Assembly (NCBI GenBank): GCA_965209205.1
Contig: CBDBQC010000003.1
Coordinates: 641,401 to 705,400 of the forward strand
From: Dehalococcoidia bacterium
GTDB taxonomy: Bacteria > Chloroflexota > Dehalococcoidia > Bin125
DNA length: 64,000 nucleotides
Reading direction: 5' to 3'
In this document: positions 29,948-39,931 of the stretch, piece by piece
How the letters are laid out: every line of letters begins with the position of its first letter
Position numbering within the stretch: position 1 is the stretch's first letter
Program-made: the position numbers and the translations under genes
Notes under the pieces: model-generated
What the model was told of the DNA's origin: nothing
Database searches by the model: none
What the model saw: the letters and a program-made list of their open reading frames with translations, nothing else

Positions 29948-30568
29948 ATGCTCCGCTCGGCGCTGGGTTGGGCGCCCCTGTTCGTCTTCTTCAGCACCAT
30001 CGCGGTCTTCTTCCTGGTGCGCGCCGTGACGGAGACCGGCGGCGCCTGGATCGGGTTCTCCATCATGGGCCTGATCGCGCTGCTCACGCTGCCGCTGCTG
30101 GTCGCCGCGCTGCGGGACCTGCGCACCGATCCCATGGAAACCGAGGGGGCGCTGCAGCGGAAGTGGCGCAAGAACGACTTCTTCATCGCCAAGAGCCACT
30201 ACTTGATGGTCGGCCGGCGCGTCTTCCGCGTGGCCGCGGATGTCTGGTTGGAGATGCCCGACGTGCCCGCCCGCGTCCTGCTGCTGCACTACCCGCACAC
30301 CAACACACTGGTCGAGTGGCAGCGCTCGGACCCGCCCGACGACGAGGCGGCCGAGCCCGCGCCCGCCATCGGCGAGTCGCCCGCGCGCGCATCGGCGGCC
30401 CCCGCCGCGTCCCCCGGCGCGACGGTCCGGCCGCCCGCCTTCGGGGCGTCGCCGGCGCCGCGCCCCGCCGAGCCACGCGAGCGGCCCGCCCGGCGCGTGG
30501 AGCCACCGCGCTTCGGCGGATCGGCGGGCCGGCGGCCCGGCGACCCGCCCGACCGGGACGACGCGTGA
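29948..30568 (+). CDS. hypothetical two-TM membrane protein with Pro/Ala-rich tail
   Basis: Two hydrophobic helices (APLFVFFSTIAVFFLV, IGFSIMGLIALLTLPLLVAAL). No family recognised. Start uncertain. The stop overlaps the radC GTG. Confidence 0.5.
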   Translation: MLRSALGWAPLFVFFSTIAVFFLVRAVTETGGAWIGFSIMGLIALLTLPLLVAALRDLRTDPMETEGALQRKWRKNDFFIAKSHYLMVGRRVFRVAADVWLEMPDVPARVLLLHYPHTNTLVEWQRSDPPDDEAAEPAPAIGESPARASAAPAASPGATVRPPAFGASPAPRPAEPRERPARRVEPPRFGGSAGRRPGDPPDRDDA

Positions 30569-31323
30569 GCCCGGCCGCCGCGGGCGGCGACGGCGTCCGC
30601 CCGCGGCGATCCCGGCGCGCCGCCGAGGAGGCGGCGCAGTACAACGTCCGCATCCTCGACCTGCCCAGCGGCGAGCGCCCCCGCGAGCGCTTGCTGCGCG
30701 CCGGGCCCGGCGCCCTGGCCAACGCCGAGTTGATCGCGATCCTGCTGCGCACCGGCATCGAGGGCGAGAGCGCCCTCGACATCGCGGCGCGCCTGCTCGC
30801 CGACCACGGCCTCGACGGCCTGCAGCGCCTCGAGGCCGACCTGCTGGCCCACGAGCGCGGGCTGGGACCGGCCAAGGCGGCGCAGATCAAGGCGGCGCTG
30901 GAGCTCGGCGTCCGCCTGGCCGCGCTGCAGCCCGAGCAGCGGCCGCGCATCAACGGTCCAGAGGTTGTCGCCGGCCTGCTGGCCACCGAGATGGCGGCGC
31001 TCGAACTGGAGGAATTGCGCATCCTGGTGCTCAACGCCAAGAACGAAGTGCTGGCCACCCACCACGCCTACAGCGGTTCGGTGAACCGCACCCAGGTGCG
31101 CATCGGCGAGATGCTGCGCCCCGCCGTCGCGCGCAACGCCTTCGGGATCATCGCCGTGCACAACCACCCGTCGGGCGACCCCACGCCCTCGCCGGACGAC
31201 CTGGTGATGACCAAGCAGCTCGTCGAGGCGGGCAAGCTGCTCGACGTGCGGGTGCTCGACCACGTCATTTTCGGCGAGCACGGGCGCTGGGTCTCGATGA
31301 TGACCGACGGGCTAATCGGCTGA
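30565..31323 (+). CDS. radC: RadC-family (JAB/MPN domain, UPF0758) protein
   Basis: RPRERLL..GPGALANAELIAILLRTG, HhH-like region, and JAMM motif IIAVHNHPSGDPTPSPDD. Confidence 0.9.
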   Translation: MSPAAAGGDGVRPRRSRRAAEEAAQYNVRILDLPSGERPRERLLRAGPGALANAELIAILLRTGIEGESALDIAARLLADHGLDGLQRLEADLLAHERGLGPAKAAQIKAALELGVRLAALQPEQRPRINGPEVVAGLLATEMAALELEELRILVLNAKNEVLATHHAYSGSVNRTQVRIGEMLRPAVARNAFGIIAVHNHPSGDPTPSPDDLVMTKQLVEAGKLLDVRVLDHVIFGEHGRWVSMMTDGLIG

Positions 31324-32541
31324 GGCCGCCCCGTCCGGCGGCGCGAGGATCGCGGCCCAGGCCGCCGCCTCGACGATCGCGAAGACCTCCCCGATCGGCC
31401 GGCCGCTCTCCCGCGCCAGCCTCGCGCAGTCCTCGTACTCGGGGGCGACGGCGGGCGCTTCCCCCGGCAGCCGCCGCAGCTTGACCGTGGCCGGTCCCAG
31501 AGGCGTCGCGACCCGCCGTAACTCGCGCTCCGCCTCGTAGCGGTGCTCGTCGCGCACGCGCACGCCCAGCGTCGGCAGTTCGCGCAGCATCGACGTCGCC
31601 ACGGCCGCCTCCGCCTCCGGCCGCGCGACGGCGGTGACCTGCAAGCCGCTGCGGCCCTTCTTCATCGCCGACGCCGCGAGCCACACGTCGAGCGCCCCCG
31701 CGGCCCGGATGCGCTCGACCGCGAACGCGGCCCGTTCCCCCGTCACGTCGTCGACGTTCGTCTCCAGCACCACGACTGGCCGCACGGGCAGCGCCGCCGC
31801 CGGCTCGGCCACGCCCCGCCAGGCGCGCAGGATGTTCGGCCGTTCCGGGTCGTCGCGCGTGCCGGCGCCCACGCCCACGCGCTCCAGGCGCAACGGCGGC
31901 CGGCCGAACGTCGCCAGCTCCGCGACCAGCGCCGCCCCGGTCGGCGTGACCTGCTCCCCCCGTGTCGCGGGCGCGCCGGCCCGGATGGGGGCCGAGACGC
32001 GGCTCAGGATCTCCAGCGTCGCGGGCGCCGGCAGCGGCAGCGGCCCGTGGGCGCTGCGCGTCGCCCCCTCGGCCGCCAGCGGCAGCGCCGAGCAGTGCAC
32101 CGCCCCGATCGCCAGCCGGTCGAGCGCGAGCAGCGTGCCCACGATGTCGATCACCGCGTCGGTGCGGCCCACCTCGTGCACGTGCGCGCGCTCCAGCGCC
32201 TCCCCGTGCACCCGCGCCTCGGCCTCGGCCAGACGCCGGAAGACCGCCGCCCCCCGCGCCCGAATCCCCTCCGGCAGCGCCCCCGCGCCCAGCAGCGCCT
32301 CGATTTCGGCCAGCGTGCGCGCCGGCTCGGCCTCGCGCGCCACCTGCACGATCGCGTGGGTGGCGCGCAGCCCCGCCCGCCGCACCTCCCGCGCCGACAG
32401 CGACCACTCGCCCAGCGGCAGCGATCGCAGCGGCGCCGCGATCGCCTCCGGCTCGACGCCGAGGTCGATCAGGGCGCCGAGCAGCATGTCGCCACTGACG
32501 CCGCCGGGGCAGTCGAGGTAGAGGCAGGCGGCGTCGCTCAT
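31312..32541 (-). CDS. larC: nickel-pincer cofactor biosynthesis protein LarC (DUF111 nickel insertion protein), single-polypeptide form
   Basis: LYLDCPGGVSGDMLLGALIDLGV N-terminus. Length 409 aa. 4-nt overlap with larB. Confidence 0.85.
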   Translation of the reverse strand: MSDAACLYLDCPGGVSGDMLLGALIDLGVEPEAIAAPLRSLPLGEWSLSAREVRRAGLRATHAIVQVAREAEPARTLAEIEALLGAGALPEGIRARGAAVFRRLAEAEARVHGEALERAHVHEVGRTDAVIDIVGTLLALDRLAIGAVHCSALPLAAEGATRSAHGPLPLPAPATLEILSRVSAPIRAGAPATRGEQVTPTGAALVAELATFGRPPLRLERVGVGAGTRDDPERPNILRAWRGVAEPAAALPVRPVVVLETNVDDVTGERAAFAVERIRAAGALDVWLAASAMKKGRSGLQVTAVARPEAEAAVATSMLRELPTLGVRVRDEHRYEAERELRRVATPLGPATVKLRRLPGEAPAVAPEYEDCARLARESGRPIGEVFAIVEAAAWAAILAPPDGAASAD

Positions 32542-33344
32542 TGGTCTTCCAGCGGTAAGGACGGCACTTGCGCCGAGGCCGGGGCGCCCGCCGCCGCCCG
32601 CGCGATCGTGGCCGCCAGGTAGCCGGCGCCGAAGCCGTTATCGATATTGACGACGCTGACCCCCGGCGCGCAGGCGTTGAGCATCGTCAGCAGCGGCGCC
32701 AGCCCATCGAAGGCGGCGCCGTATCCCTGCGAGGTCGGGGTTGCGATGACCGGCACGGCGGTCAGCCCCGCCACGACGCTGGCCAGCGCGCCGTCCATGC
32801 CCGCCACGACCACGATCGCCGTGGCGCGCTGCAGCGTGGGCAGTTCGCCCAGCAGCCGGTGCAGCCCGGCCACGCCCACGTCGGTCAGGCGCTCGGCGGG
32901 GCAGTCCATCATCGCGGCGGTCAGCGCCGCCTCCTCCGCGACGGCGGCGTCGGCCGTGCCCGCGCTGCAGATCAGCACCCCGGGCGCCGTCGCCCCCGGC
33001 GGAGCGTCGGCCGCGCGCCAGGTCAGGCAGCGGGCCCGCTCGTGGTAGCACGCGCCCGGCACGACGCCGCGCACCGCGGCGGCCTGCTCGGGCCCGGCCC
33101 GCGTGACCAGCAGGCGATCGCCCTGCGCGACGATGCGCCCGGCCAGCGTGGCGCATTCGGCCGCCGTCTTGCCCTCGGCCAGGATCGCCTCGGGCAGGCC
33201 GTCGCGCAGCGGGCGCTGGTGATCCAGCCGGGCGAAGCCGAGGTCCTCGGCGGGCAGTGTCGACAGACGGGCGCGGGCCTCGTCGACGCCGATCTCACCC
33301 GCCCGGACCGCGTGCAGCAGGGCGATCAGCGACGCGCGCTCCAC
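32538..33344 (-). CDS. larB: nickel-pincer cofactor biosynthesis protein LarB (PurE-like NaAD carboxylase/hydrolase)
   Basis: LICSAGTADAAVAEEAALTA..DVGVAGLHRLL..VVVAGMDGALASVVAGLT..PVIATPTSQGYGAAFDGLAPLLTMLNACAPGVSVVNIDNGFGAGY. The GTG start has GAGGAGG 6 nt upstream. Confidence 0.85.
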   Translation of the reverse strand: MERASLIALLHAVRAGEIGVDEARARLSTLPAEDLGFARLDHQRPLRDGLPEAILAEGKTAAECATLAGRIVAQGDRLLVTRAGPEQAAAVRGVVPGACYHERARCLTWRAADAPPGATAPGVLICSAGTADAAVAEEAALTAAMMDCPAERLTDVGVAGLHRLLGELPTLQRATAIVVVAGMDGALASVVAGLTAVPVIATPTSQGYGAAFDGLAPLLTMLNACAPGVSVVNIDNGFGAGYLAATIARAAAGAPASAQVPSLPLEDQ

Positions 33345-33495
33345 GACCAACCTCCTCACGGCCCCGGCCGCAGGGCGTCCCCGGCGACTGGGCCATCCGC
33401 GACATATTCGCCGGCGATCCGCGATCCCTGTACCGAGCGGCAATGGTACGGTACGCGGCGCGGCGGGTGACCCCGGAGGGGTCCGGCATTTCACG

Positions 33496-33999
33496 GTGAA
33501 CTGGCTCGACTTCCTCATCATCGCAATCGTGGGATGGTTCACGGTCGCGGCCTACCTGAGCGGCTTCATCCGCGAGACGGTGGGGCTCGCGGCCGTGCTG
33601 CTCGGCGTCCTGATCGCGGGCCTCTTCCACGACAACCTGGCCGAGAACTTCCAGATCTTCATCGACGACGAGACCGCCACGCGGGTGGTCGCCTTCCTGA
33701 CGATCTTCACCATCGTCGCCGTGACCGGCTGGGCGCTGTCGATCCTGCTGCGCCGCACGGCCAGCCTGCTCATGCTGGGCTGGGCGGATCGCGCGGCGGG
33801 CGCCTGCTTCGGCTTCCTCAAGGGCGTCGTCATCGTGCAGGCGATCACGGTTATCTTCGTGCTGCAGCCCGCCCTGGGCATCGACGCCGCCATCGCCGAC
33901 TCCCGGATCGGCGCCTTCCTGCTCGACAGCGCCCCCGTCGTCGTCGCCCTGCTGCCCGAGGAGTTCGACAGCGCACTGCGCGACTTCGTCGCGGCTTGA
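33496..33999 (+). CDS. cvpA: CvpA-family membrane protein
   Basis: MNWLDFLIIAIVGWFTVAAYLSGFIRE..., 4 TM segments, CvpA-like. Confidence 0.8.
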   Translation: MNWLDFLIIAIVGWFTVAAYLSGFIRETVGLAAVLLGVLIAGLFHDNLAENFQIFIDDETATRVVAFLTIFTIVAVTGWALSILLRRTASLLMLGWADRAAGACFGFLKGVVIVQAITVIFVLQPALGIDAAIADSRIGAFLLDSAPVVVALLPEEFDSALRDFVAA

Positions 34000-34020
34000 C
34001 CTCCGCCGCCGTTTGGTAGC

Positions 34021-34647
34021 ATGGCCGCGATCGAGGGCCGCTCCACGCCCGGGGCCGGCCCGCCCGGAGGTCGGCGACCCGTGAGCCTTGTCAACGCGCC
34101 CGTGCTCGTGCTGAACCAGAATTACGAGCCGCTCAACGTGTGCAACGCGCGGCGCGCCTTCGTGCTGCTCGAACGCGGCAAGGCGGAGGTCGTGAAGGAC
34201 GGCGAGCGCGCGCTGCGATCGGTGGCCCGCGCCTTCCACATCCCCAGCGTGATCCGCATGGTGTACTACATCAAGCGGCCCCGGCCGACGGCCCGGCTGT
34301 CGCGCCGTGAGGTCTTCGCCCGCGACGGCTTTACCTGCCAGTACTGCGGTCGCCGCAGCCATGACCTGACCCTGGACCACGTGCTGCCCCGCCATCGCAA
34401 CGGGCCGCACACCTGGGAGAACCTCGTCTCGGCCTGCAAGCCCTGCAACCATCGCAAGGCGGGGCGCACCCCCGCCGAGGCGCGCATGCGGCTGATCCGC
34501 GACCCCCGCCGCCCCCGTGCGACGCTGGCCGCCGTCTTCTGGCGGCACATCGAGCGGCATCCCGGCTGGCGGCCGTTCTTCCCCGGCGCCGAGCACGAGG
34601 GCGCCCACCGAATGAGCGACGCCGTCGGCGCACCGTCCGCCGGCTGA
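34021..34647 (+). CDS. HNH endonuclease
   Basis: VLVLNQNYEPLNV..., RDGFTCQYCGRRSHDLTLDHVLPRHRNGPHTWENLVSACKPCNHRK (HNH with a CxxC pair). Start uncertain. Confidence 0.85.
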   Translation: MAAIEGRSTPGAGPPGGRRPVSLVNAPVLVLNQNYEPLNVCNARRAFVLLERGKAEVVKDGERALRSVARAFHIPSVIRMVYYIKRPRPTARLSRREVFARDGFTCQYCGRRSHDLTLDHVLPRHRNGPHTWENLVSACKPCNHRKAGRTPAEARMRLIRDPRRPRATLAAVFWRHIERHPGWRPFFPGAEHEGAHRMSDAVGAPSAG

Positions 34648-34648
34648 T

Positions 34649-35458
34649 CTATGACGGCTGGCAGGGGCGGCAGAACGACGTCACCCGCCGGCTGGGGCTG
34701 ACCTCGGAGATCGCGTGGCCGCAGGTCGGGCAGGGCGCGCCGCCCTTGCGGTGCACCCGCAGGAAGTCGCGCGGCTTGCGGTCGGTCGCGTCGCCCATCT
34801 GCTCCGCGACGATCGGGATCGCCCACTCGAGCACCGCGTGCATGGCGCGGTAGAGCCCGCGCCGGCGCGCCTCGTCCAGCGCGGCGACCTTCGTGAACGG
34901 GTGCACCCCGGCGACGAACAGGATCTCGTCGGCGTAGGCGTTGCCGATCCCGGCGACGAAGCGGGCGTTCACCAGCACGCTCTTGACCTGCCCCCGGTAG
35001 CGGCGCAGGCGCTCCAGGAAGGCGTCCTCGCTGAGCGCCGGGTCGAGCGCGTCGGGGCCCATCTCGGCGAACTGCGGGATCTGGTCCAGCGCGCTCTCCG
35101 CCAGCAGGTAGACCTTGCCCATGAACCGATCATCGACGTAGCGCAGCTCCCGCCCGTTCGACAGGGTCAGCGCGAAACAGGTGCGCGCCGGACGCTTCGC
35201 TCCCGCCTCGACGTACTGGAAGCGCCCCACCAGCATCGCGTTGACGGCCAGCACATCGCCCGACTCGAGCGCGAACAGCAGGAACTTCCCGCGGCGCCGC
35301 ACCGGCCCCAGGCGCACGCCGGACAGTCGCCGCTCGAACTCGTCGCGGGCGACCCGCACGACGATCGGCCGGGGCAGCTCCACCCGTTCCACGCGCAGCC
35401 CGGGCAGGCGCGCGTTGAAGACCGCGCCGATGTGCTCGAGGTCCGGGATCTCGGGCAC
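34649..35458 (-). CDS. Fpg/Nei-family DNA glycosylase/AP lyase
   Basis: N-terminal MPEIPDLE (catalytic Pro2/Glu3), H2TH region, C-terminal zinc finger CPTCGHAI..FCRPCQ. Confidence 0.88.
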   Translation of the reverse strand: MPEIPDLEHIGAVFNARLPGLRVERVELPRPIVVRVARDEFERRLSGVRLGPVRRRGKFLLFALESGDVLAVNAMLVGRFQYVEAGAKRPARTCFALTLSNGRELRYVDDRFMGKVYLLAESALDQIPQFAEMGPDALDPALSEDAFLERLRRYRGQVKSVLVNARFVAGIGNAYADEILFVAGVHPFTKVAALDEARRRGLYRAMHAVLEWAIPIVAEQMGDATDRKPRDFLRVHRKGGAPCPTCGHAISEVSPSRRVTSFCRPCQPS

Positions 35459-35464
35459 GGCGCC

Positions 35465-36331
35465 CTAGCCGTCCGGGTCGGGTCCCGCCTCGCGCGGGTA
35501 GGAGCCGAGGATCTTGAGCCAGCGGCACTGCCGCTCGACGGTCGCCAGCACGTCGCGCAGCGGGGGGTCCAGCCGATGGCCCTCGCAGTCCAGCAGGAAG
35601 ACGTAGACCCCCAGGGCCTCGCGGGCCGGCCGCGATTCGATCTTGGTCAGGTTGATGCCGGCGTCGGCGAACAGTTGCATGATCCGCACCAGCGCCCCGG
35701 GCCGGTCGTCGACGTTGAAGACGATCGAGGTCTTGTCGGCGCCGCTGGGCGGCGCGTCCTCATGGGCCAGCACGACGAAGCGGGTGCTGTTGCGGGGATC
35801 GTCCTGCACGCCGTCGGCCAGGACCACGCCGCCGTAGATGGCGGCCGCGCGGGCCGGCGCGATCGCCGCGGCGCCCGCTTCGCCGACGACGCGCTCCACC
35901 GCCTGCGCCGTCGACAGCGTCGCGACCTGCACGGCGCCGGGCAGCGTGTCCTGCAGGTAGTGACGGCTCTGCGCCAGCGCCTGCGGATGCGAATAGACCG
36001 TCGTCACGTGCGACAGCGCCGTGCCCGGCCCGGCGATCAGCGCCGCCTGGATCGGGACGATGACCTCGCGCTTGACGCGCAGCGGCAGCGAGTGCACCAG
36101 CAGGTCGACGGTCTCGGTCACCGAGCCCTGCAGGCTGTTCTCGATCGGCACGATCGCTTCGCCGGCCACGCCGTCCAGCACCAGGTCGGTCACGCCGGTG
36201 ATCGACTCCCCCGCGACGAGCGTCGCGCCGGGGGCGTAGCGCAGGGCCGCCGCCTCGGTGTTCGTGCCCCGCGGCCCCAGGAAGGCCAGCCGCTGGGGTA
36301 TCCCGCCGGGGGGCATCGAGCCCGGGGGCAT
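35465..36331 (-). CDS. pheA: prephenate dehydratase
   Basis: LAFLGPRGTNTEAAAL, TRFVVL, and ACT domain TSIVFNVDDRPGALVRIMQLFADAGINLTKIESRP. Confidence 0.92.
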   Translation of the reverse strand: MPPGSMPPGGIPQRLAFLGPRGTNTEAAALRYAPGATLVAGESITGVTDLVLDGVAGEAIVPIENSLQGSVTETVDLLVHSLPLRVKREVIVPIQAALIAGPGTALSHVTTVYSHPQALAQSRHYLQDTLPGAVQVATLSTAQAVERVVGEAGAAAIAPARAAAIYGGVVLADGVQDDPRNSTRFVVLAHEDAPPSGADKTSIVFNVDDRPGALVRIMQLFADAGINLTKIESRPAREALGVYVFLLDCEGHRLDPPLRDVLATVERQCRWLKILGSYPREAGPDPDG

Positions 36332-36996
36332 CAGGCCCCGCCGGTCAGCCCGCGGCGCAACTCCGCCTCGTGCTCGGGCAGCGTCACGGCGAGCACGGCC
36401 GCGCCGGCCGTCAGGCGCGTGCCGCCGGTCGGCAGCTCCGGGCGACCGTCCGCGTGCACGACCAGGGCCAGCAGCGCCTGGTCGGGCAGTTGCAGGTCGC
36501 GCACTGCGTGACCCACGGTCGCCGCGTCGGTCCCGACCACCACCTCCACCAACTCGAACGGGCTGCCGTGCAGCTCCAGCAGATGGATCAGCGGCGTGGA
36601 CGGCAGGGCCTGCTCGATCTGCGACATGATCGCCGTCGTCGCCGAGACCGTGATATCGACCCCCACGACGCGGAAGATCTCCTCGTTCTTGGGGAAGTTG
36701 ATCCGCGCGATCACGCGCGCCGTGCCGAAGCGCTGCTTGGCGACCTGCGCGACGGCGAGATTCGCCTCGTCGCGGCCCGTCGTCGCGACGACGAGGTCGG
36801 CGCGGTTGACGCCCGCCTCCTCCTGCGTGGAGACCTCGGTGCCGTCGCCCAGGATCGCGATCTCGCCCAACTCGTCGTTGAGCGCGTGGACCGTCGCGGC
36901 GTCGCGATCGATGACGGTCACCTCGTGGCCGAAGGCGACGAGTTCCCGCGCCGTCTGCGCGCCCACCTGCCCCCCGCCCACGATCACGATGTACAT
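36331..36996 (-). CDS. trkA: TrkA-type potassium-transport regulatory protein (RCK N + C domains)
   Basis: MYIVIVGGGQVGAQTARELVAFGHEVTVIDRD Rossmann motif plus a C-terminal TrkA_C-like segment. Confidence 0.88.
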   Translation of the reverse strand: MYIVIVGGGQVGAQTARELVAFGHEVTVIDRDAATVHALNDELGEIAILGDGTEVSTQEEAGVNRADLVVATTGRDEANLAVAQVAKQRFGTARVIARINFPKNEEIFRVVGVDITVSATTAIMSQIEQALPSTPLIHLLELHGSPFELVEVVVGTDAATVGHAVRDLQLPDQALLALVVHADGRPELPTGGTRLTAGAAVLAVTLPEHEAELRRGLTGGA

Positions 36997-37409
36997 CAGC
37001 GCTGCCGGGCCGGATTGAGCGCCGCCTGGCGCACCAGATTGGAGACGACCACGGTGGGGTTCACGACTTCCACCCCCAACTCCCGGTAGACTTCGGCGCG
37101 CTCCGGGTCGAAGATGCGCGCCACCACGCGGGGCACGTTCAGCAGGTGGTGCGCCACCTGCGCCGCCATCGCGTTGCGATTGTCCCCGTTGGCCAGCGCC
37201 AGGAAGATCTCCGCGCCCTCGCCGCCGGCCTCCCGCTGCACCGCCTCGTAGCCGCCGTTGCCGACAATCATGCGCCCCGCGAACTCGCGTGGCAGCAGCC
37301 GGAATGCGTCCGGCTGCAGGTCGATGACCGACACGTCGTGGCCTTCCGCATCGAACTCCGCGGCGACGCGGGCCCCCACCCGGCCGCAACCCATGATCAC
37401 GACTTTCAT
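36996..37409 (-). CDS. TrkA-N (RCK N-terminal NAD-binding) domain protein
   Basis: MKVVIMGCGRVGARVAAEFDAEGHDVSVIDLQ. Confidence 0.85.
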   Translation of the reverse strand: MKVVIMGCGRVGARVAAEFDAEGHDVSVIDLQPDAFRLLPREFAGRMIVGNGGYEAVQREAGGEGAEIFLALANGDNRNAMAAQVAHHLLNVPRVVARIFDPERAEVYRELGVEVVNPTVVVSNLVRQAALNPARQR

Positions 37410-37861
37410 CGGCCCGGCCGCCCGTTGGCGGAGTTGCGGTCGCGCACCACCACCACCTCGCAGGGCGCGTGGCGCAGGATGTACTCCGAGGTCTTGCCCA
37501 GGTTGAGCGCCATGCCCTCGCGACCGCTGCGCGGCACGCCGATCACGATCGCGTCGGCGCCGAGTTCGAGCGCCTCGTCGACGATCGCATGGCCGGCGTC
37601 GCGGGCCTGCAGGATCTCCCCGTGGGCGTCCAGCTTGTAACGCCGGGCCAGGCGCTCGGCCTCGGCCAGGCAGTGCTCGCCGCGCTCCGCCTGTTCCGGC
37701 AGGTCGACGTCGAGCGGCATGCGCCGGTCCACGACGACCACGTAGACGGCGTGCACGGTGGAGTGCTTCTCGCTCCGCGCGATGCGGAACGCCGTCTCCA
37801 GCCCGCGCTGCCCGGCGGGCGATCGGTCGTACGGGACGAGCAGGGTCAAGCCGGACGCCAC
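37406..37861 (-). CDS. universal stress protein (UspA family)
   Basis: LLVPYDRSPAG..., GADAIVIGVPRSGR..LGKTSEYILRHAPCEVVVV. GTG start with GGGGAGG 5 nt upstream. Confidence 0.85.
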   Translation of the reverse strand: MASGLTLLVPYDRSPAGQRGLETAFRIARSEKHSTVHAVYVVVVDRRMPLDVDLPEQAERGEHCLAEAERLARRYKLDAHGEILQARDAGHAIVDEALELGADAIVIGVPRSGREGMALNLGKTSEYILRHAPCEVVVVRDRNSANGRPGR

Positions 37862-37990
37862 GGCTACCTCCCCACGCCTGCCAGCGGGCGTGTCTTCGTC
37901 GGGAGCGCGCACCGGGCAGCATAGACCGCGCCCCGAAGCCGGTCACGCACGATCGTCATGTGGAGTGCGATCCTGGGGCGCCGCGGGGGC

Positions 37991-38563
37991 TCAGACGTAG
38001 CGCGGCTGCGTCGCGACGGGGTGGCTGCCGGTCTCGTCGAGTTGCTCCAGCCAAGCGTGCGCCCGGCCGTCCTTGAGCTCGAGGAAGCCGATCGTGCCCA
38101 GGCGGGTGTTGAGGTTGCGCGGGTACATGGGACTGCCGGGGTTGACGATCAGCACCCCGCGCATCGTCTCGACCCCCGCGACGTGCGTGTCGCCGTGCAC
38201 CAGGATGTGCTGCGGCCCGCCGAAGTAGTGGTCCATCACCGTGTGCAGCGTGCGGTACGGCGGCCACTCGGGCAGCGACAGATCGTGCGTCAGGCCCACG
38301 CGGAAGCCCTCGAGGTCCAGCGCCCAGGCCTCGCGCAGGCGCGGATCCTCGGGCACGATGGGGCGTCCGGCGCCGCCGTCGTCGCCGTTGCCGCGCGCGA
38401 CGTAGATCGGCGCGATCGCCTCCAGCTTGTCGATCACCTCCAGCACGTGGATGTCGCCGCCGTGCAGGATCAGGTCCACGCCCCGCATGCGGTCGTAGGC
38501 CTGCGGCCACAGCTCGGGGCCGGCTTCCGGGATGTGCGTGTCGGAGATCAGGCCGATCAGCAT
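37991..38563 (-). CDS. metallophosphoesterase (YfcE-like)
   Basis: MLIGLISDTHIP, ILHGGDIH, GNGDD, VHGDTH. Confidence 0.88.
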   Translation of the reverse strand: MLIGLISDTHIPEAGPELWPQAYDRMRGVDLILHGGDIHVLEVIDKLEAIAPIYVARGNGDDGGAGRPIVPEDPRLREAWALDLEGFRVGLTHDLSLPEWPPYRTLHTVMDHYFGGPQHILVHGDTHVAGVETMRGVLIVNPGSPMYPRNLNTRLGTIGFLELKDGRAHAWLEQLDETGSHPVATQPRYV

Positions 38564-38589
38564 GCCGGCCAGCCTAACAGCCGCACGGC

Positions 38590-39816
38590 CTAACAGTCGG
38601 ACGGGGGCGGGCCGCACAGACGCCCACGCTCGGCCGCCACCAGCGCCGCCAGCGCGCCGGGCGCAAGGCGCGGCTCATTGGGCCAGCCGGCGCTGAACAG
38701 CGCCCAGCAGGCCCCGCTGAGCGCCGCCGCCCGATCGTCCGCGGCGGGTACCACCGCCGTCCGCGACGACGGCGGCAGCGACGCGAACACGGCCCGCGCC
38801 AGCGCGCCGTCGGGCCGGAACGCCTGGTCGCAGGCGTCGCCGCGGCGCACCCGGCGACGGGTCAGCGCTGCCAAGCCCTGCAGCTCGCGCAGCAGCGGCA
38901 GCAGCGCCCGCCCGCCCGCGCCGTCCGCGTCCGGGCGGCGGCGCAGCACCGCGTGCGTCTGCCGTACCGCACGCTCCAGCGCGGGCCCGGCGCCGAGGCC
39001 CAAGCCGCGCGCCCGCGCGTACGCCGCGATGAGAATGTCGCCGGCGCCGGTCGTGTCCCCGGTCCCGCCCGGCGACGGACTGGGCACGTCGATCACGCGC
39101 GCCGCGCCGGGCGCCGCGACCGCCGCGCCGTCGCCCCCCAGCGAGACGACGATCTCGACGCCCAGCGCATCGGCCGATCGCGCCGCCGCCGCGCGCCAGT
39201 CGGCCCGTGCCGCCGAGCCCGCGTAGACCTCGAACTCCCGCCGCGAGAACTTAACCGCCTGCACGCCGTCGAGCGCGGCCCGCAGGTCGGCGGCGCGCGT
39301 CTCGATGCGGCCGCCCGCTCCGGAGACGCGCAGGTCGCCCTGCGCGTCGGCCGCGACGAACGCCCCCCGCGCGCGCATGAGCCGCGCCGTCCCCGGCGGC
39401 GTGTCGCCCGGCATCAGCGGCGACACGACCACGGCCGCCGGGTCGCCGATCGCGCCGGCCTCGATCGCCGACTCCGGTAGCGGCGGCGCGCGCGAGATCA
39501 GGGTCTGCCGGCGGCGGTCGCGGTCGTAGCGGTTGACGAACGCGGTATCGCGCGCCGACTCCACGCCGCGACAGCGCACGCCGGCGGCGGCGAGCGCGGG
39601 CAGCGCGCAGCGGCGCGCCCACGGCCCCGCCGTCGCGACGACGGACACGCGCGCGCCGTGCATCGGCTCGGCCAGGGCGAGCGCCAGCCCCGCGTGCCAG
39701 ACGGCGCCGCCCGGCTGCGACCACCGCGGCCCGGCGCCTTGCGGGGAGACATCGGCGCGACGGATGAAGTCGCGGGTCAGGGGGCCGATGAGGAGCGTCT
39801 CGTGCGTCACAGCCAC
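38590..39816 (-). CDS. PfkB/ribokinase-family carbohydrate kinase with roughly 100-aa C-terminal extension
   Basis: [18 protein letters not shown] (PfkB signature 2). Start is GTG 39816 or 39810. The substrate is not inferable. Confidence 0.7.
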   Translation of the reverse strand: MAVTHETLLIGPLTRDFIRRADVSPQGAGPRWSQPGGAVWHAGLALALAEPMHGARVSVVATAGPWARRCALPALAAAGVRCRGVESARDTAFVNRYDRDRRRQTLISRAPPLPESAIEAGAIGDPAAVVVSPLMPGDTPPGTARLMRARGAFVAADAQGDLRVSGAGGRIETRAADLRAALDGVQAVKFSRREFEVYAGSAARADWRAAAARSADALGVEIVVSLGGDGAAVAAPGAARVIDVPSPSPGGTGDTTGAGDILIAAYARARGLGLGAGPALERAVRQTHAVLRRRPDADGAGGRALLPLLRELQGLAALTRRRVRRGDACDQAFRPDGALARAVFASLPPSSRTAVVPAADDRAAALSGACWALFSAGWPNEPRLAPGALAALVAAERGRLCGPPPSDC

Positions 39817-39931
39817 TGCCTGCGACCGCCGTCGGCGGATGGTCGGGCCCGGTGCGGGCGCGCCCGCGATGATAAACTGCGGATGTCCGCCGCGGCCGGC
39901 CGCATGCCGCCGGGCGGCGACGGAGGACCCC

